Shown here: positions 13,508 through 27,327 of the stretch, piece after piece
Numbering within the stretch: position 1 is the stretch's first letter
How the letters are laid out: every line of letters starts with the position of its first letter
Assembly (NCBI GenBank): GCA_964016885.1
Contig: OZ024740.1
Location: 413,106,001 to 413,170,000 of the forward strand
Origin: Eledone cirrhosa
Lineage: Eukaryota
Length of the DNA: 64,000 bases
Direction: 5' to 3'
Position numbers and translations under genes: made by a program
The notes under the pieces: model-generated
What the model was told of the DNA's origin: nothing
The model's database searches: none
Seen by the model: the letters and a program-made list of their open reading frames with translations, nothing else

Positions 13508-14859
13508 ATATATATATATGTGTGAATATAAAGAGAAAGAGAGAAGGATAACGATATAGATAGATATAGAGATAAGATGAAAAGGGTGTGGGAAGAGAGA
13601 CAAAGAGAGAGACATCAAACTATTTGTGAAAACAAAAATTGAAATTAAATGCGAAAAGCCAGCTGTGTTCATATTTGATTGTCTAATATATCATATTATC
13701 TGTACACAGCTATACAAAGTGTGAAGTATATAATAATTTCTCTTGTGTGCACTCCAACTTGTCTGGAAAACACGAATCTGAGAGTATTCTAAGGGAGATA
13801 TTGTGGAAAATGTCGATGCTCAACATGATGATAGACAAACATCTGTTTTACGTAAATTAGACAAATATTCAACAGACGGATATGATTAGACAATTATTCA
13901 ACAGACGATAAGTAATTTAGAACCTGAACATGGAAATCAGAATTACATATGAATTACTGTCAACTGGAGAAAAAAAATTCACTGCACCCAACTTGGATTC
14001 TAGAGTTCAATGAAGCTGATTCTGTAAAAGAAAACCCAATTGTAAATGAAACCAAATGGGGAAAACATGGAGGAAACGCCACACTAAACGAACATTTTTA
14101 TTGGAATGCTTATAACTGTGAAAGGGATGCTGAAATCTATTCAAGAGGGGTCATATTAGCTGCATCCATATATTTTCCTAAGTATGAATCAAAGTACCAA
14201 AAATGCATCTAGATCATTTCCACACGCATATAAATCACTATTTTGTTCCCAGGTACTTAAAAGGGATATTAAAATGACAAATAATGAAAAACAAGTGGCA
14301 GAAAATATTTAGTGTCAAGAAAATAAATGCTAGAGAAGATAAAAAAAAAAGCCAGGGAGAAAGAGTTCTGAAAAAACTCATCTGAAAAAACTGAAAGAAT
14401 TCTGACAAAACACTGAAATTATTAATTCATCTTATAAGTTTGACGAAAGAACAAAAGTTTACATCTAGACCAACAGTGGATATCAAGAACTAGAGAATTA
14501 TATCCAATATTTCTATCGGAGGTACGATTGATTGCGTTTTTTTGTCGAAAGGATGTGGTACAATTGAAAATCCATCCTATCAAAAGATTGTGATATACAT
14601 CTAGATAGATATCCGTTTCAAATTTCTACTTGAACAGAATGGTAACGTTAGAAAAAATATAACCATACTGGAGTCGTTTCTACTCAAATGTCTGTAAACA
14701 ATGAAAAACTGGCAGAAAGTAGTCACATAAATAAGGGATTTTGAGATTTATTGTGATTTAACTAGAAGATCCACTCTTTTATTCAGAAGTAACTGATTAT
14801 ATATAGATCACTGTGTTAAAAGGTGACGCTATAATCTGACTTCAAGTCATCAAAATTCA

Positions 14860-15635
14860 CTAACGAAACCACATATTATCCAATTTAGGTGAACAACGAG
14901 GAATTATTATGATTTACCATTATTATAAGAATCAGAGGAAATCCAAAAGCAATGAACCAAATATAGAAATATATATGAAAAATTGATACAAACAAAATCG
15001 CTATTACACATAGCTATCGCAGTATCTCCTACTAAACGTTTAAATACGATTATTGACATTATTTCGAAAACACTATATACCTAGATGCCGTATATGGGAT
15101 GACAGATTTTTGCCGCATCTACCGTAACAGCAGCGCCAAATTCTGTATAAGTTAGTTTCGATGTGGAATAACTTTGGAATAACAGCCATGCAATATTCGA
15201 TCGGAGAAATGGAAAGATTATTTCAAGTAGATTTCCCATTGAATACATATTAGATGCTATTATTCTCATTCCTGTGAAGAATACGCTATCAGTGAAAAAC
15301 GTTTACATACAAAAATTAGAAGAGAATTATATTATGTACTTTAGAAGATGTATGGAGGTTTTATGGAAGAGATTTCTTCATGATTGTTTTAATATATGGA
15401 CAGAATTTCCTGATTCTTAGGAATTCAGCAGCATCCTGAACAGTCAATATCTAACACAGAAATGTTAACAGGAGATGAATACAACAAACTTACTCTTCTG
15501 AGCATAATGATGATTAAAAGTAAAACAATCATCACAGCAGCTATACGTTACAATAACACGAATGCACACCAATGCATTCATTTCCTATCACGCCATTCAA
15601 CAGAAGTAAAACATAACATTCCATAATTTCCAGTC
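14860..15635 (+). pseudogene. Degraded PLE RT remnant related to PLE-3
   Basis: 'WKRFLHDCFNIWTE', 'EFSSILNS' and 'KLTLLSIMMIKSKTIIT...HQCIHFLSRHSTEVKHNIP' align with PLE-3 'WKRYLDDCFIIWTE...KLPFLDIMIIKNDTTIT...HQYLNFKSCHPPHTKRNIP'. It may extend upstream. Confidence 0.8.
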
Positions 15636-15814
15636 AGGAATAAATAGTGAAAATAAGTACCAGAGAAGTAATAAATCTGTGATATATCAAACTATCTATT
15701 TATTTATCTATATATCTATAATTCCTTTTCTCTTCTCTCTTTCTCTCTCTCTCTCTCTCTAGTATGATTTACAAATTTGTGGAATAAATAATACGTACAT
15801 ACATATACATGCAC

Positions 15815-15943
<129 letters not shown>

Positions 15944-16012
15944 ACTCTCAATAAGTGTTAACCTAATAACTTTCGTAACTTATACTCGTGTGTTATTGTG
16001 GTTTTAACTTCC

Positions 16013-16066
<54 letters not shown>

Positions 16067-16076
16067 ATGTGTGTGT

Positions 16077-16630
16077 AACAGGTAAACAGAAATAACAACA
16101 CAATCGGTACAGTATATGGAAGGGATATATTAGGTTAACGCTTTATATAGTAGGAAGAGTGTCTAACAGGTTTTGGACCCTAGTCCTTCACCAGAAGAAA
16201 GAATGGGAAATAAGATTGATTGACGGTCGGGATGGAATTGGAAAAAATGTCTTCAGATAAAAACTACCAGTGGTACCCGGCGTTGCACGGGATAAGGTGA
16301 TTTGGAACGCGGGCCGCCAACAGACCTAATCTTAGAAAAACTGCATGCCTGGACAATATGTAAACAAAATAAACCGAATACTCTGATGGCTGGATAATCT
16401 TTAAGATTTTCCTCGATGAAGCAGGAAAAATGCAGGTTTACACCTAGGGGATCAAGAACATTAATTTTTTTTATGTGCATAATAGGCCTTGAAATTTCGG
16501 GAAAATCCGCTACACGTAACGCCTCAAAAAAGCACTAAAAATCTGATAAAATGAAGTGTTTCACCTAATGCGGGCCATAGGCCATAAAAAAGTTGGATTT
16601 TCTTTGCTCGCCGTATGAAGAAGAGACTGA
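16077..16630 (-). mobile_element. Probable PLE 3'-end remnant with decayed hammerhead (~16164-16196)
   Basis: Minus strand reads ctggtga-a-ggac(tagg)gtcc-aaaa-cctgtta, an HHR with two core substitutions. Upstream 'LDPLGVN' resembles PLE C-terminal P.GLN. Confidence 0.5.
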
Positions 16631-16634
16631 CTAA

Positions 16635-16711
16635 TCTTCTTCTTCTTCTTCTTCTTCTTCTTCTTCTTCTTCTTCTTCTTCTTCTTCTTCTTCTTCTTCT
16701 TCTTCTTCTTC
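16635..16711. repeat. (CTT)n tract, the (AAG)n tail of the adjacent RTE
   Basis: Directly abuts the 3' end of the minus-strand RTE. Confidence 0.9.
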
Positions 16712-17815
16712 TGGCCCAGTATTTCTGAGAGAGTTCTGTCTGAAGCAACCGTCTCCAACTGATCTGACTGCATCCCCAAGTAACATCAGCCAATCTCATT
16801 TATGTTATCCTTGCAGGGTGTCTACACCTGGGTCACCTGTCGGTTGGCTTTATCCGTAAAATCTGTCCAGCGATTCATTCCTGATACTTTCTACTTACAT
16901 GTCCATAGTATCAGAACTGTGGTCTCCCAATTCGGAGAGGTAGCGGCTCTACGTGGAGGAAATCTCTGATTTACAAGGTACGCACTCTATCGAGTAACGT
17001 TACTTCTACCGCTTCGGAGTAACCCAATTTAAGCCGCCTGTATTCGTGATCGTATTCTTTTGGTCATTACCCAAGAACCATGACCATGGGTAAGGGTTGG
17101 AATGAATATCAAAATGAAGTTTGTGAGTTCGGTTTTTACACTTACTTCCACTATTCTGATTACTGAATCCTGAAACTTGCGCATTACTGCGCAAGTTTTC
17201 GCAGTTTTTTAACTAAATCCAACCTCCTGCCTTCCATCTCTTGTAAAAACCGCCCCGAGATACTTGAACTTCTCCACCTGCTTTAGTAGTATTCCATTTA
17301 CATTATAGAATGCACTTCGTGGTCGTTCTTGAAAGGATGAGGGTCTCAGCTTTCGCAGCACTGATCTTCATTCCATGCAGATTCGGCATCAAACCCAAGT
17401 TTCTGTCAAGTTAAATAATACCATATCGTCTGCAAATTCCAGCCGACTGATTTTGAAACCACCATTCGTGATATCAATTCCAACCCGACTGCGCATATCA
17501 ATCCAGTTCATTATAATAGTGAACAAGATTGATGAAAGTACGCAGACTTGTCGGAGTCCTGCACCCACATTGAGTGGTGTCGATTTAGTATAATTTATTC
17601 GAAGACAATACTTAGGCTATCGTATGGAGACAACAGGGCAGCCAGACGCTGATCAAAAATCTCATACGCCTGTACAATCTTTCACAACTGGTCCCGAGGA
17701 ATGCGGGATCTACAGAACAGGAATAGACCTCTTTGCAATAAATCCTCGATTTCTTGCAGACCTACCACAGAGTGAAAATTTGGTCGCCTGAGCTGCGTCC
17801 AGTACGAAAAGCCCA
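16712..17815 (-). mobile_element. 5'-truncated RTE-clade LINE
   Basis: Motifs 'ISRLEFADDMVL', 'EKFKYLG', 'LTHGHGSWVMT', 'TLLDRVR' and 'YYGHVSR...KPTDR*PR'. Disrupted frames. Confidence 0.88.
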
Positions 17816-18207
17816 CAGTTCATATAGAATACTTAATATATATATATATACTAGAAATTGATTAACATATAAATAAACATATGAAACAATCACAGTGGAT
17901 AATTTGTACAAGTGTGTAAGCACACATAGCTAGGTAGGTAACTAAATAAAATTAACTAGAACTTCAAAAATAGATACCTTATAATATTAATCTTCCCTGT
18001 ATATATTCCATTAAAGAAATATATTTCACCAATTAATCGAATAGTAAACCACGGAGGCCGATACTTGGATTTTCATTAGAATCTTGGAGCTTATTTTACG
18101 GGTGATATGGCGCATGCCTTTCTGGCATGACACCCATAATTTTCATTTAGATTAAATTCATTTTGATTTATCTTAATTTTGTGTATATATATATATATAT
18201 ATATATA

Positions 18208-18611
18208 AATGTAATCTGAGGTTTCGAATATTAATAATAATATTGGATTCGTTTGCAATTATGCAAACAGACTCTTTTAAGCCATGACAGTAGAATGTGC
18301 CCCTCATTCTTGCTCTTGTGTTGGCATGTAAAGAGATCTGCAGACACTAATGTTTCTGGGTGATTACACTTCATCAGAGCAGTTTACTCTTCACCTACCA
18401 ACTGTCAGAGCTAGTGAAAATATATGGTATTTTCAAAAATATACAGTGATTGATCGGCCTGATTTGCATATTAGCAGACTGGCTGATCAGTCAGATCTAC
18501 AAGAACAAGAATGAGGGGCTCCTTCGACTGCTATGGCTTAAAAGAGGCTATTTGCATAATTGCAAACGAATCGAATATTATTATTAATATTCCAAAAGCT
18601 CAGATTAAATT
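18208..18611. mobile_element. MITE-like fold-back element, ~110-bp diverged arms
   Basis: aatctgag..gaatattaataataatatt.gattcgtttgcaattatgcaaa..cttttaagccat..cccctcattcttg has its reverse complement at 18497-18608. Lies next to (TA)n. Confidence 0.85.
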
Positions 18612-18644
18612 GATTGTATTCAGCCATGTACAGCGATAACGTTT

Positions 18645-18681
<37 letters not shown>

Positions 18682-18685
<4 letters not shown>

Positions 18686-19099
18686 TAAAAAGGAAAATAA
18701 AATGCTGACAAATTTTTCCCAGTAAAAAATAGTTTAATTAGGAATAAGTATAAATTAGTAATAAGTATTAGTTAGTATTCAGTTTTAGTTTTAAGTTTTT
18801 ACCGGTTGCGCATTTTTTATGCTTTTCAAAAATAATTTTGAGATAGAGCGCTCGTGATGTTTGCTCTAATCTGATCAGTTTTGGAAATTCTTCCTGTTTT
18901 ATGTGAAAAAAGTGGCTTGGGAGGTATTAAGATTTGTTTGTTCGTTGAATGTCACGTGAACAAGCAGTATAAATTTCGCGCCAATTCGTGTTGCAAAAAT
19001 TCTTGTAGTCAAAACAATTTTGATTGGTCGGTAGAAGTCAAGTGAATGTTTAAATTGATTTTAGTGCGAACTAGTTTCGCGCCAAATGTAGGTTTGTCG
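18682..19099. mobile_element. Unclassified dispersed repeat, copy 2 (inverted homologue of 4350-4713)
   Basis: See copy 1. This copy carries extra internal sequence around 18935-18970. Confidence 0.85.
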
Positions 19100-19171
19100 A
19101 AGAGTGTCCTTTTCCGCTTGATTGAGTTGCAGTCATGTTGTGAGGTCAACAGTTCAGGTGTCTATTAAGAC

Positions 19172-19266
<95 letters not shown>

Positions 19267-19933
19267 CATATATATATATACATATATACACACACAGACA
19301 CATATGTATATATATATAAATGGAGAGAAAGGGGAGAGGACGAGTGGTATAGATGATGAAGACAAGTGGATGTGGGTGTACATACACAAATCACAAAGGT
19401 TAAACAAACAGAAATGTTAAAGATAAAATTAAACCAAAACTTGGTGATACAGACAGGTAAACAGACACACAAGATGGGAGAGACGGCTTGCAATCATATC
19501 TACATGCAAACAACCGGGTGGAGGGTATTTATTTACGAAACCTAATACCCCATCATTCAAAGTAGTACAAACAAACCTTCAATTATGGAAATTGCTATTC
19601 AATTGTAGCTGACACAGCTAATAACATATTAAATAACATATTAAATAGGTTTTCAGCCATTTTGTTTTCTACGTTTAAACAGCTATCAGATTAATTCTAT
19701 CTTAACATGGTCGATATCTGTCTGTGAATTATATAATTTGTATTAACATGATCATTATTTTTCCAGTCAATTATCTATATTGACGGTGTTCTCATTGTTA
19801 TTGGTATTGCTATCAACATCAGCATTATTGCGTGTTTCGATAGAATTACAAAATTTGATATACACAAAATGAAAAGAAATCTATTAGTGCTGTTATCATA
19901 CATACACATACACACACGTATATATATATATAA

Positions 19934-19986
<53 letters not shown>

Positions 19987-20139
19987 TGTGTGTTTGTTTT
20001 CGCATATATCAAACAGCCACAGATACAACAACAAACACATAAAAGTAAACACATGTATGGGCGTACTTATGTGTGTCTGTATTTTATATGATCATATCTG
20101 CATACATACTTATATTCATACACTCAAGGAAACACACAT

Positions 20140-20198
<59 letters not shown>

Positions 20199-20199
20199 T

Positions 20200-20340
20200 G
20201 ATATTAAATAAATGGAAACTATATTCATAAAACCATATTTATTCTATTATATATATTTCAGGAGTACCAAAACTTTGGTACGCAATCATCAGATAAAATA
20301 CAAAGATTGTTTTATAAATATTGACATAACCAGGAAGAAG
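20200..20340 (-). mobile_element. PLE-type terminal remnant with hammerhead-like motif (20248-20296); homologue of 58160-58325
   Basis: Minus strand reads CTGATGA-ttgc-gtaccaaa(gt)tttggtac-tcct-GAAA-tatata. Flanks match 58160-58325. Confidence 0.65.
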
Positions 20341-20764
20341 AACTTAACGGTTCAAGTTTTTCCTGCATACTAAAGGAAGAGAAAGAGAAGAAAAGTCAAA
20401 TATTTCAAATTATTAAGATGAGTATGCAAATGAGGTTGAGGTGTAGGGCTGAGAAAAACGTTATTTTTATACACTATGTAGATTTAAATAATTATTAGGA
20501 TATATATATCTGTGTGTGAGCAGAAGAACGAGAAAGAAAGAAGAGCTTGTATTTACGTTAATTTAAAAAGAATTAAGAGTTTGTAGAAATGGTGGAATAT
20601 GATTCCAGAATTAAAAAAAAAATTATTTAGCTATATTCTGAGTTATAATATTGTATATATAATCAATTAGACTATATGAAAAGTTATGGTTGTAAGTACA
20701 TTTAATCTTATTACATTACAACAGGTTGTAAGTATATATACCAACAAATTAAATATCTCTTCTG

Positions 20765-20834
<70 letters not shown>

Positions 20835-21028
20835 GATAAATCTACCAAGAGTTTACGGTAGTGTCCAATCCGTATGAAGAACTCAATGTATTCCGGATAT
20901 CATGGAAAGAAGAGATGTAATGAAAAATCACTTTCGGTGAAAGATAAACGGTATACAGAGTCAAGATAAAATATTACACAAATAATGAATAAAACAATGA
21001 AGCAGTTCCTTATATTAAACAAAAAAAG

Positions 21029-21182
21029 TTCATTATTTAACGATCGTTTCTAGGATATATATGTGTTAGAATTGGCATGCATATTCAACAGATCTATGTA
21101 CAAAATTATTCAAAATTATACAAACTATCAAGATTAAATATACATACCAACACATATATACGCCGTCTTCAGAAATAATGAA
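21029..21182 (-). ncRNA. Type I hammerhead ribozyme with extended stem II (left arm)
   Basis: Reverse-complement copy of 27078-27231. Confidence 0.75.
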
Positions 21183-21809
21183 ATATATTTATTGATAATA
21201 ACAACAATTCAAAATTTCAGGTCCGTTTGGGAACAAAATTGACCAATGAAAATACAAAAGGTTTAATGCAGTTCGGTGTGTGTATATACATGTAACTACC
21301 CTTACACATATTTTACAAAAATGTATGCTCAACTTGTATACGCATACCAAAAGGATGGATGCAAATACAAAATGTCAAGGTTAATGTCTCTGTAAGTTTA
21401 TAATGCACAGATAAGATGCGTATAGACACATAAATATGAAATAAGTGTATACACATAATCTCATACTCACACATATCCGTACAATCACACACACACGCGC
21501 GTATATGCATAAACATACACATAACTACGAACATACAAACACACACACACCCCCACTCACATATATATATGTGGATATAAAATCCTAAGCACATGGATAT
21601 TAATTCACTCACATAAACACTGGCACACACATTTAGATCAAGATACAGAAATTAGGTGGGAGGGGGGGAGAGGTCAGTATTCAACGGTTTGGGCAGACTG
21701 CTTAATATAGATGTATCTATAAACTAAGAAAATAAAAAATTATAAATAATAAATAAACATTAAAAAGGAAAGAAAAGAAAAAGAAAAAAGAAAAAAGAAA
21801 TATATCAAG

Positions 21810-21867
<58 letters not shown>

Positions 21868-21868
21868 C

Positions 21869-21899
<31 letters not shown>

Positions 21900-22009
21900 C
21901 AAACACATACATACATATACACACATCCACACTTAGAACATACATACACACACAAATATAAACATATACATATACACACATACATACATATACACACATA
22001 CATATAAAT

Positions 22010-22078
<69 letters not shown>

Positions 22079-22355
22079 TACACATATAATCACACATACT
22101 ATATAGACACACATATATATACACACATACACGCACATATACATACACTTACATACTTATATACATACAGATATACACATACATACCTATATATACACAC
22201 AAATACATACAGACATACATACATACATACAGACAAATACTTACGCATCCATATATCGGTATATACATACAAACACCACTACACTCTCACACAACTCAGA
22301 CATACAAAGAAAAAGGTATATACCTATACACATATACATATACAAATAGAGAAAC

Positions 22356-22424
<69 letters not shown>

Positions 22425-22618
22425 CACATATACACACATACACATACATACACATACATACATGTACACACACATAGATATATATACATACACACATACA
22501 CACATACATATATAGTCATACACACACATACACCTACACGAACATACACATACACATATATAAAGATATATATACACACACACACACACATACACACACA
22601 CACATATATATAAAATAA

Positions 22619-22665
<47 letters not shown>

Positions 22666-23234
22666 CATATACATACACACATACATAGACATATATGTAC
22701 ATACATACACATACATACATACATACACACACATACATACATATATATATACACACATAGACATATACATACATACACACACAACATACATACACACATA
22801 TATACTCATACATAGAATTAGATATATATTCATACATACATACGCACTTACATATACTCATATATACAAATACATACGCATCCATATATGCGTATATACA
22901 TAGAAACACCACTACACCCTCACCCAACTCAGACATACAAAGAATAAGGCATATACATATACATATATACACGCATTAATAGAGATATATATACACATAT
23001 ATATATATATATATATATACACATACACTTATATATATATACCCACACACACATACAACCATAAATACACATACAAACACCCACATATACATATATATAC
23101 ACACATATATATATACACACACATAAAAAACAGACATGCACATATATATTTTTTTACACATATATATACACATATATATACATATACTCACCCTCACATA
23201 TACACACATACACATAAGTTATATTATAATAATA

Positions 23235-23281
<47 letters not shown>

Positions 23282-23528
23282 CGAATATAGACATATATAC
23301 ACACATAGATATATATATATATATACACATACATATACACACACACATACACACGCTCACATATATATGTGTGTGCACACACACATATATACACATACAC
23401 ACATATACACATAAACACATATATGTGTATACATGCACACACACACATATATCCACATAGATACGAAGATAGACATATAAATAGAGAGACATACATATAT
23501 ATACACACACATATATACATACATACAT

Positions 23529-23589
<61 letters not shown>

Positions 23590-24658
23590 CACACATACAC
23601 ATACACATATATATACACATGCATATATACACATATATATATACATACCCACATATATATACACACACAATCTTACATTCTTATTTGCATGCGCATATAT
23701 GTATTTTTATATTCAGATATAAATACCCAAACATATATACACCTACCTACATATATATTCATACATACACGCTTACAAACACAGATGATAATAGTATGGG
23801 GGAAAGGGGGGGGTTGGAGAAGGGGATTATAGTAAATATATGTTTCAAGAAACATATATGTATGTATATGTATATGTATATGTATATGTGTATGTATATG
23901 TATATGTATATGTATTAATTTTGATTTCTATTTGCATATAATTATATTCTGCTATTGATAAAATACAATATCTGTTTTATTTATTATATACCTAATTAAC
24001 ATATACTATAGAAATAAATATATAATTTTTAATTTAGTTAACCTATAATTTATATTCTACTACCGATGTAATACTTTATTTGTTTTTTTCCCTATTACTA
24101 AATTCATTTCCTAATATTGATACCATAACGTTATTAACTTTAATTTAGTTATACTATAATTAATACTCTACTACTATTTAACTTCAAAATTCTGCTTCAA
24201 ATATTATAAACCTAACTAATTTACACCTTAGAAATCAATATGTTAACTATCTTTAGTTTAGTTAACATATAATTAATGGTATACTTATTTATTTTGAAAT
24301 GCATAAATTTTGCCTTATTTCTTATTTATTGTATTTCCAAACACTGAAACTATGTAAAAACATACATTGGATCCAGATACGGATAATATTCTATGTTTCT
24401 TGAAACATATATTTACTATAATCCCCTTCTCCAACCCCCCCCTTTCCCCCATACTATTATCATCTGTGTTTGTAAGCGTGTATGTATGAATATATATGTA
24501 GGTAGGTGTATATATGTTTGGGTATTTATATCTGAATATAAAAATACATATATGCGCATGCAAATAAGAATGTAAGATTGTGTGTGTATATATATGTGGG
24601 TATGTATATATATATGTGTATATATGCATGTGTATATATATGTGTATGTGTATGTGTG

Positions 24659-24713
<55 letters not shown>

Positions 24714-24960
24714 ATGTATGTATGTATATATGTGTGTGTATATATATGTATGTCTCTCTATTTATATGTCTATCTTCGTATCTATGTGGATATATGTGTG
24801 TGTGTGCATGTATACACATATATGTGTTTATGTGTATATGTGTGTATGTGTATATATGTGTGTGTGCACACACATATATATGTGAGCGTGTGTATGTGTG
24901 TGTGTATATGTATGTGTATATATATATATATATCTATGTGTGTATATATGTCTATATTCG

Positions 24961-25019
<59 letters not shown>

Positions 25020-25590
25020 TATTATTATAATATAACTTATGTGTATGTGTGTATATGTGAGCGTGAGTATATGTATATATATGTGTATATATATGTGTAA
25101 AAAAATATATATGTGCATGTCTGTTTTTTATGTGTGTGTATATATATATATGTGTGTATATATATGTATATGTGGGTGTTTGTATGTGTATTTATGGTTG
25201 TATGTGTGTGTGGGTATATATATATAAGTGTATGTGTATATATATATATATATATATATGTGTATATATATCTCTATTAATGCGTGTATATATGTATATG
25301 TATATGCCTTATTCTTTGTATGTCTGAGTTGGGTGAGGGTGTAGTGGTGTTTCTATGTATATACGCATATATGGATGCGTATGTATTTGTATATATGAGT
25401 ATATGTAAGTGCGTATGTATGTATGAATATATATCTAATTCTATGTATGAGTATATATGTGTGTATGTATGTTGTGTGTGTATGTATGTATATGTCTATG
25501 TGTGTATATATATATGTATGTATGTGTGTGTATGTATGTATGTATGTGTATGTATGTACATATATGTCTATGTATGTGTGTATGTATATG

Positions 25591-25639
<49 letters not shown>

Positions 25640-25836
25640 TTATTTTATATATATGTGTGTGTGTGTATGTGTGTGTGTGTGTGTATATATATCTTTATAT
25701 ATGTGTATGTGTATGTTCGTGTAGGTGTATGTGTGTGTATGACTATATATGTATGTGTGTATGTGTGTATGTATATATATATCTATGTGTGTGTACATGT
25801 ATGTATGTGTATGTATGTGTATGTGTGTATATGTGT

Positions 25837-25898
<62 letters not shown>

Positions 25899-26175
25899 GT
25901 TTCTCTATTTGTATATGTATATGTGTATAGGTATATACCTTTTTCTTTGTATGTCTGAGTTGTGTGAGAGTGTAGTGGTGTTTGTATGTATATACCGATA
26001 TATGGATGCGTAAGTATTTGTCTGTATGTATGTATGTATGTCTGTATGTATTTGTGTGTATATATAGGTATGTATGTGTATATCTGTATGTATATAAGTA
26101 TGTAAGTGTATGTATATGTGCGTGTATGTGTGTATATATATGTGTGTCTATATAGTATGTGTGATTATATGTGTA

Positions 26176-26234
<59 letters not shown>

Positions 26235-26342
26235 ATTTATATGTATGTGTGTATATGTATGTATGTGTGTATATGTATATGTTTATATATGTGTGTGTAT
26301 GTATGTTCTAAGTGTGGATGTGTGTATATGTATGTATGTGTT

Positions 26343-26373
<31 letters not shown>

Positions 26374-26376
26374 ATG

Positions 26377-26450
<74 letters not shown>

Positions 26451-27077
26451 CTTGATATATTTCTTTTTTCTTTTTTCTTTTTCTTTTCTTTCCTTTTTAA
26501 TGTTTATTTATTATTTATTATTTTTTATTTTCTTAGTTTATAGATACATCTATATTAAGCAGTCTGCCCAAACCGTTGAATACTGACCTCTCCCCCCCTC
26601 CCACCTAATTTCTGTATCTTGATCTAAATGTGTGTGCCAGTGTTTATGTGAGTGAATTAATATCCATGTGCTTAGGATTTTATATCCACATATATATATG
26701 TGAGTGGGGGTGTGTGTGTGTTTGTATGTTCGTAGTTATGTGTATGTTTATGCATATACGCGCGTGTGTGTGTGATTGTACGGATATGTGTGAGTATGAG
26801 ATTATGTGTATACACTTATTTCATATTTATTTGTCTATACGCATCTTATCTGTGCATTATAAACTTACAGAGACATTAACCTTGAAATTTTGTATTTGCA
26901 TCCATCCTTTTGGTATGCGTATACAAGTTGAGCATACATTTTTGTAAAATATGTGTAAGGGTAGTTACATGTATATACACACACCGAACTGCATTAAACC
27001 TTTTGTATTTTCATTGGTCAATTTTGTTCCCAAACGGACCTGAAATTTTGAATTGTTGTTATTATCAATAAATATAT

Positions 27078-27231
27078 TTCATTATTTCTGAAGACGGCGT
27101 ATATATGTGTTGGTATGTATATTTAATCTTGATAGTTTGTATAATTTTGTATAATTTTGTACATAGATCTGTTGAATATGCATGCCAATTCTAACACATA
27201 TATATCCTAGAAACGATCGTTAAATAATGAA
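27078..27231 (+). ncRNA. Type I hammerhead ribozyme with extended stem II (right arm)
   Basis: ttcattattt-CTGAAGA-[~115-nt hairpin]-GAAA-cgatc-GTT-aaataatgaa. Perfect 10-bp stem I and palindromic stem III aacgatcgtt. Confidence 0.78.
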
Positions 27232-27285
27232 CTTTTTTTGTTTAATATAAGGAACTGTTTCATTGTTTTATTCATTATTTGTTTA

Positions 27286-27322
<37 letters not shown>

Positions 27323-27327
<5 letters not shown>

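Larger units (their letters stand above)
20832..27294. mobile_element. 6.4-kb non-coding palindromic element: ~2.9-kb inverted arms (20966-23856 and 24392-27294) plus 535-bp spacer
   Basis: The arms are near-identical reverse complements, differing mostly in (TA)n lengths. (TA)n lies at both outer ends, and an HHR lies near each outer end. Confidence 0.92.

Noticed and set aside
16524-16799. Poly-Arg and poly-Lys ORFs
   Set aside because: They derive from the (AAG)n LINE tail.
21700-26600. Many long YI/VC/HT-rich ORFs
   Set aside because: They are translations of dinucleotide microsatellites that lack stop codons.
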